Below, in pieces: positions 39,328 through 51,234 of a stretch of DNA of 64,000 bases; the first letter of the stretch is position 1; each line of letters opens with the position of its first letter. The notes below the pieces were generated by a model, which was given only the letters and a program-made list of their open reading frames with translations, did no database searches and was not told the origin of the DNA. The position numbers and the translations under genes are program-made. The DNA is from Octopus vulgaris. Its lineage: Eukaryota. Location of the stretch: NCBI GenBank assembly GCA_951406725.2, contig OX597818.1:47616001-47680000 (forward strand), written 5' to 3'.

Positions 39328-41130
39328 TCAGGCCAAGTCGAAGACTCCACCCTCAGAGTCTGGTGTGGTTGCCAGGTTGTATTCTCTGTTTAATTTTGAC
39401 ATGTGTAGGAGCGAGTTTGAGTCAGGTTGTGCTCGTTGTGTATATCCTGGGAGATGGGGTTCATCTCTAATGGTGCTTAAGTATCTATCCAGCTGCAATT
39501 TGAATGATTCCACACTGCATCCTGATAGATTTCTGACATGTACCGGAATGGAGTTGAATAGTTGTGCTCCTCGAACCAACAGACTTGACTCTCGCAGGGT
39601 TTTTGCTGCCTGGCCAGCCTTTTTGTTGATTGGTGGTAGCTGGCAGCGTCGTCCGTGGCGCAGTGAGTGGTAGGTTTTGATACCAAAGTTTGGCACCTTT
39701 TGCTCTATCATTTTCCAAATGTATATAATTCGGTATCGCTCAAATTTTCTTTCTATTGAGTACATCTTCAAGGTTTTGAGTCTTTGCCAATAGTCCAGGT
39801 CCCTCGTTTCTGAGAAGTATGAGGTAAAATTTCTTTGGAGCGATTCCATCTTAGATAGTTGGCCCTTTGTTGTTGGTGACCACAACTGAGAACAGTAGTC
39901 AATCCTCGGAAGTATCATACTGTTCCAGAGGGTTTTCATTGTTGAGGTATCTCTTGATTTGAAGGTGCACAAGATCCACCCGCTGTACTTTCTTGCAGTA
40001 AGACAGACTGAGTCAAGGTGTTCTCTGAATTTTAGGCTGGTTCCCATGTGGATGCCTAAATCTTTCACATACTGTTTTTCCATTATTTGTTGTCCTGATG
40101 GGTTTCTGTAGTTTGTTGTATTTTTCAGATCTTGATCTGTTCCGTAGCGAATTAGTTCAAACTTCTTATCATTGAACAACATGTTTGTTTCCTGCCATTT
40201 ATATATGGTGGTCAGGTCCTTTTGTAAGGCCTCTGTATCCACCTCGTCTTTGATTTGTCTCACGACCCTGGTGTCATCAGCAAAGGATGAGACGTTGCTG
40301 GTTGTATCTTCATCTATGTCAGAGATGAGGATGAGAAACAGGATTGGGCCGAGTACTGTACCCTGAGGAACACTGCTGGTCACAGGTGATGGTGTTGAAT
40401 GGGTTCCATTCACAGTGACTGTTTGAGTTCTATTTGTAAGGAACTCATGTATCCATGTACCAACTTTTCCTCCTACTCCTAGCTTTCGAAGTTTGTGACC
40501 CAGGATGCCATGATCTACCTTGTCAAATGCCTTGGCAAAGTCGAGGTAAATAACATCTGTGTTGTATCCATTCTCTAGATTTTCTAGGATTTGGTCATGG
40601 TGTGCCAGTAGTTGGGAAAGACACGATCTACCTAACCTGAATCCATGCTGGTTGCAATTCATCAGATTGTTGGATTCCAGGAACTCAACCAGTTTTCCAC
40701 GAACTATTCTTTTGAAGACCTTGATAATGTGTGATGTCAGTGAGATTGGTTGGTAGTTCTTTGGTTTTGATTTGCTGTCCCCTTTATGTATTGGAGTTAT
40801 GTGTGCTTCTTTATATGTATTTGGTATTTTGCCATTCTCCATAGATTCCCTCCATATCATGTAAAGGGGTTTCAACAATTGTACCTTGCAGTTTTTAAGT
40901 ATCATGGCATTGAAACCGTCAGGCCCCGCAGCCGAGTGCATGGAGAACTTGTCTATGGCTCTTTCTATGTCTTCTGGGTTGAAATCAATGTCGGATAGGG
41001 TAGGTTTAGTATGGTCGATATCCTTGAAGAGTTTTCCTGGGTCATGGATCTTCAGGGTTTTAGATGGCTCACTGAAGACACTTTCATACTGTTGACCCAA
41101 CATTTCTGCCATTTCAATAGGGTTATTCAC
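39328..41130 (-). CDS. LINE ORF2 reverse transcriptase part
   Basis: AAGPDG, NY.PISLTS, QHGFR, YLDFAKAFDKV, VPQGTVLGPILF, FADDT and KDLG motifs. Confidence 0.92.
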   Translation of the reverse strand: MNNPIEMAEMLGQQYESVFSEPSKTLKIHDPGKLFKDIDHTKPTLSDIDFNPEDIERAIDKFSMHSAAGPDGFNAMILKNCKVQLLKPLYMIWRESMENGKIPNTYKEAHITPIHKGDSKSKPKNYQPISLTSHIIKVFKRIVRGKLVEFLESNNLMNCNQHGFRLGRSCLSQLLAHHDQILENLENGYNTDVIYLDFAKAFDKVDHGILGHKLRKLGVGGKVGTWIHEFLTNRTQTVTVNGTHSTPSPVTSSVPQGTVLGPILFLILISDIDEDTTSNVSSFADDTRVVRQIKDEVDTEALQKDLTTIYKWQETNMLFNDKKFELIRYGTDQDLKNTTNYRNPSGQQIMEKQYVKDLGIHMGTSLKFREHLDSVCLTARKYSGWILCTFKSRDTSTMKTLWNSMILPRIDYCSQLWSPTTKGQLSKMESLQRNFTSYFSETRDLDYWQRLKTLKMYSIERKFERYRIIYIWKMIEQKVPNFGIKTYHSLRHGRRCQLPPINKKAGQAAKTLRESSLLVRGAQLFNSIPVHVRNLSGCSVESFKLQLDRYLSTIRDEPHLPGYTQRAQPDSNSLLHMSKLNREYNLATTPDSEGGVFDLA

Positions 41131-42313
41131 TACATCCCCATTTTGTCTCTGGAGAGGTCCTATTGTTGACTTGGTATTCGAGTATTTCTTTGCAAAACTG
41201 TAGAAACATTTTGGATTTTTCTTGATGTTTTTTTATGGCTCTCTTTTCTGCATTGTTACGTTCTTCATCATAGTGTTGTTTTAGATTGTCTTCTAATCTG
41301 TATATTTGGTCAAGGACTTTCTGTAATTCAAGTTTTGATGTCAGCTTAGATGTTTTGTTTCTTAGTCTTGACCTTTTGCGCATCAGGATCTTTCGCTCCC
41401 GTGGTACAGGTTTTTTTGTGGATTTGGTTTTCTTAAGAGGAATATTTTTTGCACATATTTCTTCGATCTTGTTTAAGAATTTCTTGTGTTTATCTGGCCC
41501 AGTAAGGTAGAAATCCCAGTCAATGATTTGTAACTGGTTGTTAATAGTTTCCCAATTTGCCTGGCGATAATCATACCTGCATAGCTTTGGCATGTCCTTT
41601 TGTTTAAAAGTTGTGGCATTGGACTCATTACCAATGTGTAAATGCATTTCAATAATATTGTGGTCTGAAAGGATTGTTGGGGTTGAGTGAAGGTCAAATA
41701 GCGTGTCCTCGTTGTTGGTGAAAACCAAGTCGATCGTATTATTATTTCTTGTTGCTTCTGTCATCATTTGTTTGAGGTATAGTTTCTCTGTGACTTCCAA
41801 CAGTTTGGCTGCCTGTATTTGTTCAGCTTTTGTCCCCAGTTTTAGTATGTGTCCATGTGGCCAGATGATGTTAGGGAAGTTGAAGTCACCAAGGAGGATA
41901 ATGTCTGGCATTGGACTCGCCATGTTTCCCAGAACTTGTTGGAGCTTTGTCAGTGGCTCAGTGAAGGATAATGTTGGGCTGTTTGGCGGTCTGTACATTA
42001 TTGTTACAACTGTATTAAGTTGGATGATTTTTATGCGCAGCAGGTTGCAGTAGGCATTTGATTCATTGACAAGTTCTATGCATGCATAGGTATCATGGAT
42101 ATACATGATAACGCCCCCATGGGATCTGCCTTGTCTATCACATCTGAAGATGTTGAATCCATTGATTGTGATTTCGCTGTTGTGGATGTTTTCGTTGAGA
42201 TGACTTTCAGTAATTCCAATTATTTTGGAGTTGTTTTCTGTTGCTAATTCTTCCAAGAAAGGGACTTTACACTGTTTTGTTTTCAGATAAAGACCCTGGA
42301 TATTTGCTGTCAT
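41123..42313 (-). CDS. LINE ORF2 APE endonuclease part (frameshifted from the RT part near 41230)
   Basis: NIQGL, ITESHL, RCDR, GGV, YRPP, GDFN, IDLVF and SDH motifs. Confidence 0.92.
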   Translation of the reverse strand: MTANIQGLYLKTKQCKVPFLEELATENNSKIIGITESHLNENIHNSEITINGFNIFRCDRQGRSHGGVIMYIHDTYACIELVNESNAYCNLLRIKIIQLNTVVTIMYRPPNSPTLSFTEPLTKLQQVLGNMASPMPDIILLGDFNFPNIIWPHGHILKLGTKAEQIQAAKLLEVTEKLYLKQMMTEATRNNNTIDLVFTNNEDTLFDLHSTPTILSDHNIIEMHLHIGNESNATTFKQKDMPKLCRYDYRQANWETINNQLQIIDWDFYLTGPDKHKKFLNKIEEICAKNIPLKKTKSTKKPVPRERKILMRKRSRLRNKTSKLTSKLELQKVLDQIYRLEDNLKQHYDEERNNAEKRAIKKHQEKSKMFLQFCKEILEYQVNNRTSPETKWGCSE

Positions 42314-42699
42314 TATGCTTGTTGTACCGGATACATCTGCCCTATTGTTGGCAAGACTGTTGTAGTTGCTGGGACTGTGCTGACTGGATATTCGGTCTGC
42401 TGGGCTGTCTGTATTTGTTGTATGTGCCCTGTAAGTCCAGGTGTCAGCCTTTGTATCAGGTTTGCCTGGTTTTGCTGAGTCATCTGTATGGAGTACAGCT
42501 GTTGTTGTAGTTGGTAGATTATGCCTAAAAAACTGCTTTCATTCATTACTATATCGAATTTCTGCGAATTTGGATTTGTTACAGCTGATGTATGCAATTG
42601 AGTAGCATGATTTTCATTCACTGTTGAGCCATGACCTGGTTTCCGCATTTTTGGGAAATGGTTTTCATACCCTGCTGAGCTTGGTCCTGGTGGTGTGGG

Positions 42700-42700
<1 letters not shown>
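42313..42700 (-). pseudogene. C-terminal remnant of LINE ORF1 (Q/T-rich)
   Basis: Open frame whose TAA overlaps the ORF2 ATG (TAATG). It is cut off upstream by (TA)n. Confidence 0.6.
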
Positions 42701-42745
<45 letters not shown>

Positions 42746-43033
42746 ATATATATCAGACAGCATAGACAATGAAGATTAAATGATGATGTTCATATGCATA
42801 TATATAAACATATATGTACGTACCTACCTCTACATGTATATATACACGCATATATGAGTACAGGACACCAAAAAAAACGTCGAACACAATGAGAAATGAA
42901 AACATAGACACAAACCCAAGGAACTGGACATTTTTTTAAACAACAAAAAAAAAGGAGTACAGGACAATTAACACAAAGAAAAAGCCCCTTCTTCAGTCGC
43001 CATGGTTTCATCTACTCTACGTTTCGAAGGTGA

Positions 43034-43079
<46 letters not shown>

Positions 43080-43159
43080 TCATCATTTAATCTTCATTGT
43101 CTATGCTGTCTGATATATATATATATACATACATACATACATACATACATATGATCATA

Positions 43160-43322
43160 TGATAGGCTTCCACACAGTTTCTGTCAATAAAATTCACTCA
43201 CAAGGCATTGGTCAACCCAGAGGTATAGCAGAAGACACTTGCCCAAGGTGCCAAGTGGTAGGACTGAACCAGAAACCACATGGTTGCAAAGCAAGTTTCT
43301 TAACCACACAGCCATACCTGTG
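43160..43322 (-). mobile_element. CORE-like SINE, antisense
   Basis: gaagacacttgcccaaggtgcca...gactgaacc...accacacagcca. Confidence 0.7.
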
Positions 43323-43556
43323 CCTATACTTCATGGGTGATTGTAAAGAAAGGTTGAGAGCAATGTAGCCTTTCTGTTATTTCAGAGGATAACCAACAAA
43401 CGCTACAGTAACACATGTAATAACTATGTAATTGGGCTTTGAAATTTTTGAGCTCTTGGAAATACCAATGAAACTGACATGAAGGCCTTCTTCCATGTAG
43501 ATTAAGCACCCTTTAGAGAATATGAACATCATTTTAATGCTCCTATTTCCAATCCT

Positions 43557-43575
43557 CATCTGCATCATCATCATT

Positions 43576-43607
<32 letters not shown>

Positions 43608-44145
43608 TGTCGTCGTCGTCGTTGTCATCATCATCATCATCATAGTCATCATCATCGTCCTCGTCATCATCGTCGTCAACATCATCGTCGCCGTCGTCAT
43701 CGTCATCTTAGTCATCATCATCGTTGTCAACATCATCGTCGTCGTCGTCGTCATTGTCGTCATCATCATCATTGTCGTCGTCATCGTCATCATCATCATA
43801 GCCATCATCATCGTTGCCGTCGTCATCGTCATCATCATCATAGTCATCATCGTCGTCATCGTCGTCGTCGTCGTCGTCATCATCATCGTTGCCGTCGTCA
43901 TCGTCATCATCATCATAGTCATCATCATCGTTGTCGTCATCATCGTCGTCGTCGTCATTGTCGTCATCATCATATCGTCGTCGTCGTCGTCATCGTCGTC
44001 ATCATCATCGTTGCCGTCGTCATCGTCATCATCATCATAGTCATCATCATCGTTGTCGTCATCATCGTTGTCATTGTAGTCATCATCATCATCATCGTCG
44101 TCATTGTTGTCGTCATCATCAATAACATCATCGTCATCATCATCA
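43557..44145. repeat. Compound (CAT/CGT)n microsatellite
   Basis: About 590 bp of trinucleotide repeat. It produces the poly-M/T, poly-I/V and poly-S/H ORFs. Confidence 0.95.
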
Positions 44146-45769
44146 TTTAATGTCTGTTATCTATGTTGGCATGGGGTGAACAGTTTGACCTGGAGCTGGC
44201 AAGCTAGAAAACTTCACCAAGATCCTTTGCATGTTGATGAGCTTACAATTTTGTGATGGTTGTTCACAGGGAGGCAAAATATCCACATGAATGCACTTAA
44301 GATGCTATTGCTGTCATCTTTCACAGATGGCCAAAATGAATACCTTTAATACGGTGTTAAGAAGAACATCAAGCTGTAAAAATCCTGCCAAAACAGAAGT
44401 CTAATGCAGGCTTCTGTCTGGCTGGTTCTAGTGAAACCGTCCCATCCATGCTAGAATGGCAGGCAGACATTAAATGATGATGATGATGATGATGATGGTG
44501 ATGATGGTGATGGTGATGGTGATGGTGATGGTGATGATGATGATGATGTCATAGTCTTTCATAGGATGCCTAAGATATATGCAATGTACTCTGAAGAAGA
44601 TAATGCTATTGTCTTTCACAAGATGGCCATGGTAAATGCATGAATGCACTGAAGATGCTACATCCTCTATCTATCACAGGATGACCAAAATATATGCATG
44701 AATTCACCAAGGAGATGCTGTTACTATTGTCTTTCATAGGATGGCCAAGATGTAAGCCTGAATACATTCAAGATGCTATGATCGCTGTCTAAAAATTTGT
44801 AATCCTAATCTAATCATTATCTCCACTTGCAATCCAAAATGAACTGAAATAGCTGGTTGGTTACCTGGTCAACAACCTCAGCATAGGCATGGTATTGTTG
44901 CAATGCTTTGCTTTCAAAAGGTGAATAAATTGATAGAACTTTGATTGAAATGATCATCTTCATAAAATTTTGATATTTCATTTTTCTCCAGAGAATGACA
45001 AAAGCATGGCTCAACCCATGCTCATCTATTACTTTGGTTAGAAGTTTCAACGATATTTCTCAAATCTGTTTGACAATGTCTTGTTGGCTTATGTCAGCTT
45101 CATCATCACTATCATCTGTTATGGCGATCACTATCGTCTGTTATAGTGATCTCTTCAATTTTTTTATCAAAAAATTTAGTGTTACTTCCTTGAAATGAAT
45201 CTGGAACTGGTTATTACTTATGCTCAATGGGAAAGATCACCCGACTGAAGACTCACAGCATCCCCTTGACTTGCTATGAATAAACTCAGTTACCTGCAAA
45301 TTCAAAGAGTCAGCCAGGGGTTAGCGAAGGAGATGATAAGGTGCTGATCTAAGGTTCAAGGGGAAAGAAGGTGAGAATTGATATGTTGCGATATGTTTCA
45401 ATGAAACAGACAGTACTCTCAACTAAAGGCAACTGACAACATTTCAGTTAGTTCAGTTTCAATGATATTTCTTCAAAAGAAAAAAATGGAGAAATGTTTT
45501 GCGAAAAAAAAGGAAAAGAAAAGAAACAGCGGGTCTTTTCACTTTGGCTGGCACATTTAAAAAATAGTTATTTGTAACTAAACACTTTTAAACTTCGTAT
45601 ACTGGTAGAATGTGTTACATAAAACATCTTTTATTGAAAAGATCCGAAACAGCAAGCCTTAAAATCGGTTTTGGCAAATCGGTTTCGCTTTTACTGATCA
45701 TAATATAAAACCAGTTTTAACCGGTTCTATAAAACCGGTTTCGAGGCCTAGTACCAAAGCTTTACCAGA

Positions 45770-46233
45770 TGCTCATGAGTGACAGATTTTGATAGGTTGA
45801 GGCTTTCTGCCAATTGTTGGGTTGTGCAATGTGGGGTTATTCTCAATTAATGACTTGATTTGGTCATCATCTGAAGTGGATGGTCTGCCTGATCACTCTT
45901 TATCAATAAGGCTACAATCTCCAGCTTGGAACCTTGTGAACCATTTCCATACAGTTCTTTTGGATAAAGAAACATCACCGTAAACTGCGCATATTTCTTT
46001 GGCTGCTTGTGAGGCACTTTCCTCTTTACGGAAAAAGAACAGCATCAAGTGCCAAAAATGAACTTCCTCATCTTCCATTTTAAAGGATTACAGAATTAAC
46101 ACAGGTTAACATAGGAACATAAACCTTCTTCCATGTAAAAATAGCTTAAGCTGTGCTCTGGACTCAACCATTTTCTAAAATAAGTCGAAAGGTAAGCTAC
46201 TATAAATCGGCATGAACTTTCCGGACAACCCAA
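45770..46233 (-). mobile_element. mariner 5' fragment
   Basis: MEDEEVHFWHLMLFFFRK..SASQAAKEICAVYGD..LS.RTV.KWF.RF..GD is a mariner N-terminus. The TIR reads ttgggttgtccggaaagttc on the minus strand. Confidence 0.8.
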
Positions 46234-46381
46234 CACCTTAACAGAAAGTTTGAAGGTTTGATTGGTTGAACTTGATTTCTAATATTAAATGGATTTACAT
46301 AATTTTCTTATTTGTGTTACAGAGCATGTAAATTGATGTAATAATTCAAAACAACTATAACTAATTAATTAATGTAATACC

Positions 46382-46613
46382 TATTTCTTTATTACCAACA
46401 AGGAGCTAAACATAGAGGGGACAAACAAGGACAGACATAGGTATTAAGTCGATTACATCGATCCCAGTGCGTAACTGGTACTTAATTTATCGACCCAGAA
46501 AGGATGAAGGTTAAAGTCGACCTCGGCGGAATTTGAACTCACAACGTAACGGCAGACAACATACAGCTAAGCATTTCGCCCGGTGTGCTAACGTTTCTGC
46601 CAGCTCGCCGCCT
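46382..46613 (-). mobile_element. Full-length tRNA-derived SINE, antisense
   Basis: Same family as 6170. It is flanked by a duplicated taattaatgtaatacc at 46366-46381 and 46620-46635. Confidence 0.85.
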
Positions 46614-46673
46614 TAAATGTAATTAATGTAATACCACCATCTTCATTCTTTCGTTTATGCACACACACACACA

Positions 46674-46714
<41 letters not shown>

Positions 46715-47123
46715 CCTCACATACACAGGTATTTGTGTGTGCTGTTCATATACACGCCTCAGGCCACTGTAAGTTATTTCTCTTAATTTAGTTTTGTGCT
46801 GATAACATTTATTATGACAGGAATGCAGGTCAATGACTGTACTTTTATCTTATTTTCAACTATTTTCTCAATGAAAAATCAATTTGGAGAATTTTTTTAG
46901 TCTTGTGATTATCTCCCTTTTCCATATGAATCTGTCTCAACTGCCATGTAACATTTTCTAGAGGCAGAGGTAACTTTAATAAAATCAAGAATTTATGTTG
47001 TATGTTATCGGATATACCTGTGTGTGTGTGTGCATGTGTGCATGTGTGTGTGTGTGTGTGTGTGTGTGCGTGCGTACGTAGTCTATATACATACATCCCT
47101 ACAAATATATGTGTATATATATA

Positions 47124-47180
<57 letters not shown>

Positions 47181-47274
47181 AATAGTAGGGAATATAAAAT
47201 TCCAAGGCAACAGGGGGAAACAAACTTAATTTAGTAATACTAAATCAAATTTCACAATATATTATATATATATA

Positions 47275-47550
47275 TATACAATTAAGAGACAGAACCTCCA
47301 TCAAAGTAATTCAATTAATTGTGAAAGATATTATCTATAATAAAGTATAAATTTAAATACACTATTAATATTGTACTAAAAATTACTAATATTGTACATA
47401 AATTACAAATATTGTACTAATATAGTACTAAATTATTGTAATTTTTAGTACAATATAAATAATATATTTAAATTTATACTTTATTATAGATTATATCTTT
47501 CACTATGAACTGAATTACTTTGATGGAGGTTTTGTCGCTTAATTCTATAT
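47275..47550. repeat. Fold-back element (~120-bp arms) next to (TA)n
   Basis: aattaagagacagaacctccatcaaagtaattca... versus ...tgaattactttgatggaggttttgtcgcttaatt. Confidence 0.8.
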
Positions 47551-47769
47551 CCTTAAATCCTTAAAAATGTTTTAGCCCGAAGGCCGCGGCCATGCTGGGG
47601 CACCACCGCTATAATATAATTTGGACATGGGCAATAATTGTATTCTTTCTTGTCCTGAGGTTCACAGCCAAATGGCTGGGTGGATTCGTGTGAAAAATAG
47701 CACACATGTGGAGATGGGTGCATAGATTGGAATGCAGTTTGTATTTTTTTCCTAGCCCCCATACTTACT

Positions 47770-48132
47770 GAGAAAATTGATTTTCTAGTGGAAATCTTTC
47801 CCATAAATCAACTATCGTAAAAATTTTCTACCATGACCTCATATTTTCTATGTATGTGTGTTTACCTTAAAAGAAGTGATTAGACAGAGGTCCAATAGCA
47901 TAGCTCCCAGAAACAAACTATGTACAAATTCTTTCTTCTCAACTCCTGAAGCTGTTTCCTGACAAGGGTGGAGGGTGGGGTCAGGAAATTTTCATACAGC
48001 TGGAGGCTCCAATCAAAGCAGGGGACCCAAAATGATAAGGTTGAAAAAAGCTGTTATAGATTATGCCTAACTGAAAATGATCACAGCCACATCATCCAAA
48101 CAGACTGGGTGAAACCGGGCTTAGCTGCTAGT
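47770..48132 (-). mobile_element. Non-autonomous Helitron/Helentron-like element, partial
   Basis: Minus strand begins actagcagctaagcccggtttcaccc, the same style of end as the element at 62382. Confidence 0.4.
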
Positions 48133-48314
48133 ATATATATATATATATATATATTTATATCAGTTGAATAAAGTTAAAACCTGGTCTGTTATTTAACTGA
48201 TATATTATTCTATACACATTTACGCAAATTCGGAATATATATACAAGGGTGGACTGGATATGTTGCAAATTTGCCTGATTGCAAGTGAGCTCTTGCGCCA
48301 TTAGAATCCATCGC

Positions 48315-48725
48315 AGGAGTGGCTGTGTGGTAAGTAGCTTGTTTACCGACCACATGGTTCTGGGTTCAGTCCCACTGCGTGGCACCTTGGGCAAGTGTCT
48401 TCTACTATAGCCTCAGGCCGACCAAAGCCTTGTGAGTGGATTTGGTAGATGGAAACTGAAAGAAGCCTGTCGTATATATGTATATATATATATGTGCGTG
48501 TGTGTGTTTGTGTGTCTGTGTTTGTCCTCCTAGCATTGCTTGACAACTGATGCTGGTGTGTTTATGTCCCTGTTACTTAGCAGTTCGGCAAAAGAGACCG
48601 ATAGAATAAGTACTGGGCTTACAAAAGAATAAGTCCCGGGATCGAGTTGCTCGATTAAAGGCGGTGCTCCAGCATGGCCGCAGTCAAATGACTGAAACAA
48701 GTGAAAGAGTAAAAGAGTAAAAGAG
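48315..48725 (+). mobile_element. Full-length CORE-like tRNA-derived SINE
   Basis: A box tggctgtgtggtaag, B box ggttcagtccc, ccttgggcaagtgtc core, internal (TA/TG)n and a (AAAGAGT)n tail. Confidence 0.85.
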
Positions 48726-48963
48726 AGATATGTGGGCCCATGTTAGTATCTAAGGGGCCCATCCCTTCAAGTTTGAGAATTTTTTATTTACTCCTGGAAG
48801 AATGCATTATTTCAGCCTGGCTGTGTTTGTAGACAGTTGAAAAGAATACTTTTAACAAGAAAGAAAAAAAAAAAAATTAAATGATAGTGTTGTAGTTTCA
48901 GGTGGGCTCCCTTCATCTCCTGGCAATCAATATTTTTAGACCCAGTCTATCACTTTATATATA

Positions 48964-49430
48964 TATATAGCAATAAGAAAATGGAGGGGATCAAGTGTTG
49001 GTATTCATCAACTTATAGACATTATATTAATGTCTATAAGTTGATGAATATTAACTCTTGATCCCCTCCATTTTCTTATTGTTATATAAATTAAGGTAAA
49101 ATAACTTTTTACCCTCACCCATTTATTACACTCGGTAACGTAATTGCCATGCAATGAAAAAAAAACTCTTGTGTATTAATAATTGGGTATTCTACCAGCA
49201 GTATATTGGATAGATATTATCCCTTAATTGGTTGGATTCACAACCTCTCTCTTGGAATTATATATATATATATATATCGCAAATAAGAAAATGGAGGAGA
49301 ATGATAGGTGGTTTATCAACTTTTGGACATCAGCGAACAATAATAATGTCTTACCTCAAACAGGTCAGAACAGCCAGCATTTACTTCTTCTGACCCATTT
49401 GAGGTAAGACACTATTATTGTTCACTGATA
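48964..49430. repeat. Fold-back elements in (TA)n (48964-49087 and 49330-49430)
   Basis: Near-perfect ~60-bp-arm palindrome caataagaaaatggaggggatcaag...cttgatcccctccattttcttattg. The related end aataagaaaatg recurs at about 49282 and 49620. Confidence 0.8.
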
Positions 49431-49559
49431 TTTTTTCCTATCTTGTCTGTAATAGATTTGTGACTATTCGGTGGTACAGAAGTATTTTTTGACTTCTATC
49501 ATTAGCGATATAGGTACTCATGTAGTACCCTTGTGTATATATGTACATATCTAATATTG

Positions 49560-49618
<59 letters not shown>

Positions 49619-49830
49619 CAATAAGAAAATGCAAGAGAACAATAGGTGGTTCATCAACTTTTAGACATTATATTATGTTAACTTATTTATTTATTTACTA
49701 AACTGATAATTACAATAATATACATACATATCACATAATATTCTTGACATATAAGATATAAGATATAAAATATAGTAATATATAAGGATACCAGTAATTA
49801 TTATAAAAAACATGAATATAAATTGGAAAA

Positions 49831-49952
49831 ATAACTTACAGCTGTTTCAGCCAATAGATAAAAATACCCCATTCTACTTTTATTACTCAAGTGGATTGAA
49901 GTAGATGAACATGAGGTACTTGTATATATCTCTAGGTTTTGTCAGAGATTAT
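49831..49952 (-). ncRNA. Decayed type I hammerhead motif with long stem II
   Basis: Minus strand: ataatct-CTGACAA-(~90-nt imperfect hairpin)-GAA-ACAGCTGT-A-agttat. G8 is changed to A. Confidence 0.5.
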
Positions 49953-50475
49953 AAAGTACATGATGTTAAGTTATAATAAATATAAATATAAATAAAAAAT
50001 AAATAAAATACACAAATATTTGAATATTTATATATATATATAGATATAAATATACATACATATATAGATATACATAAATACTTATATATATATACTGAAA
50101 TATACATACATATCTACATCCATAAGCATATATAATACTCCGTTATTACTAATATTATTAGTATTAGATGCATTCAGTTATTCACAATAGATAGTATATA
50201 GAATATAGAATATAATATATAAACACATATTTTTGATAGTTATAAGGATAGTGATTTTACAATCAATATATCAATATATCATATAGTTATTACAGTTATG
50301 GCAAAACTAATCTGCATGCGCATAAGAAATGTATATATGCATATGCACACGTACATATATGCACAATGTCTGCATATGTATATATATATATATTTAAAGT
50401 AGGATAAAATTTTTTTTGAAAAAAAAATTTTATCAATAGCCAGCATATTACAAAATACCTTTAAAGATTAAAATT

Positions 50476-50775
50476 ATAAACAACTTATAAATAAGGGCAA
50501 ACAAAAAAATTTCTAATGCCAAATATGCCGAAAATTGGACATATTGTTCATTACCATATAATTTATCACAATACACACGCTACTCGAAAAAAAGCCGACA
50601 GAAATTTCTAAAAATAGTAATAATGGAATAATGGAATTTTTTAGAAATTTCTGTCGGCTTCTTCGAGTAGCGTGCGTATTGTGATAAATTATATGGTAAT
50701 GGACGATATGTCCAATTTTCGGCATGTTTGGAATTAGAAATTTTTTCGTTTGCCCTTATTTATAAGTTGTTTATA
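50476..50775. repeat. Fold-back element (~140-bp arms) in (TA)n
   Basis: ataaacaacttataaataagggcaaac...gccgacagaaatttctaaaaa versus tttttagaaatttctgtcggc...gtttgcccttatttataagttgtttat. Confidence 0.85.
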
Positions 50776-50789
50776 TATATATATATATA

Positions 50790-51195
50790 TGAGGATCAGA
50801 ATCGAAATCGATCAATGGAAATCGATCAATGGAAATTGCAGATGTGTTACCAGTGCCGGTGGCATGTAAGAGAACTTTCCGTTTCGCGACCGTTGCCAGC
50901 ACCGCCTCGTTTCGTGTCCGTTGCCAGCCTCGCCTGGCCCTCGTGCCGGTGGCACATAAAAAGCACCATCCGTTCGTGGCCGTTTGCCAGCTCTGTCTGG
51001 CACCAGTGCGGGTGGCACGTAAAAAGCACCCACTACACTCACGGAGTGGTTGGCGTTAGGAAGGGCATCCAGCCGTAGAAACACTGCCAGATTTGACTGG
51101 GCCTGATGAAGCCTTCTGGCTTCACAGACCCCAGTAGAACCGTCCAACCCATGCTAGCATGGAAAACGGACGCTAAACGATGATGATGATGATGA

Positions 51196-51198
<3 letters not shown>
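50790..51198 (+). mobile_element. RTE-type LINE 3' end (young, CpG-rich)
   Basis: Family repeats, then catggaaaacggacgctaaac and (GAT)n. Confidence 0.75.

Positions 51199-51231
<33 letters not shown>

Positions 51232-51234
<3 letters not shown>

Larger units (their letters stand above)
39300..42700 (-). mobile_element. 5'-truncated LINE (CR1/L2/Jockey group) with ORF1 end and near-intact ORF2
   Basis: APE endonuclease and RT ORFs, a short (AAATG)n-like tail at 39300-39312, and (TA)n on both flanks. Confidence 0.92.

Noticed and set aside
42985-43032. Type II hammerhead on the minus strand (GAAAC...CTGAAGA)
   Set aside because: Both boxes are present but no stem I can be formed between them.
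43377-44125. Long poly-Met/Thr, poly-Ile/Val and His-rich ORFs
   Set aside because: These are stop-free frames of a (CAT/CGT)n repeat with no exon context.
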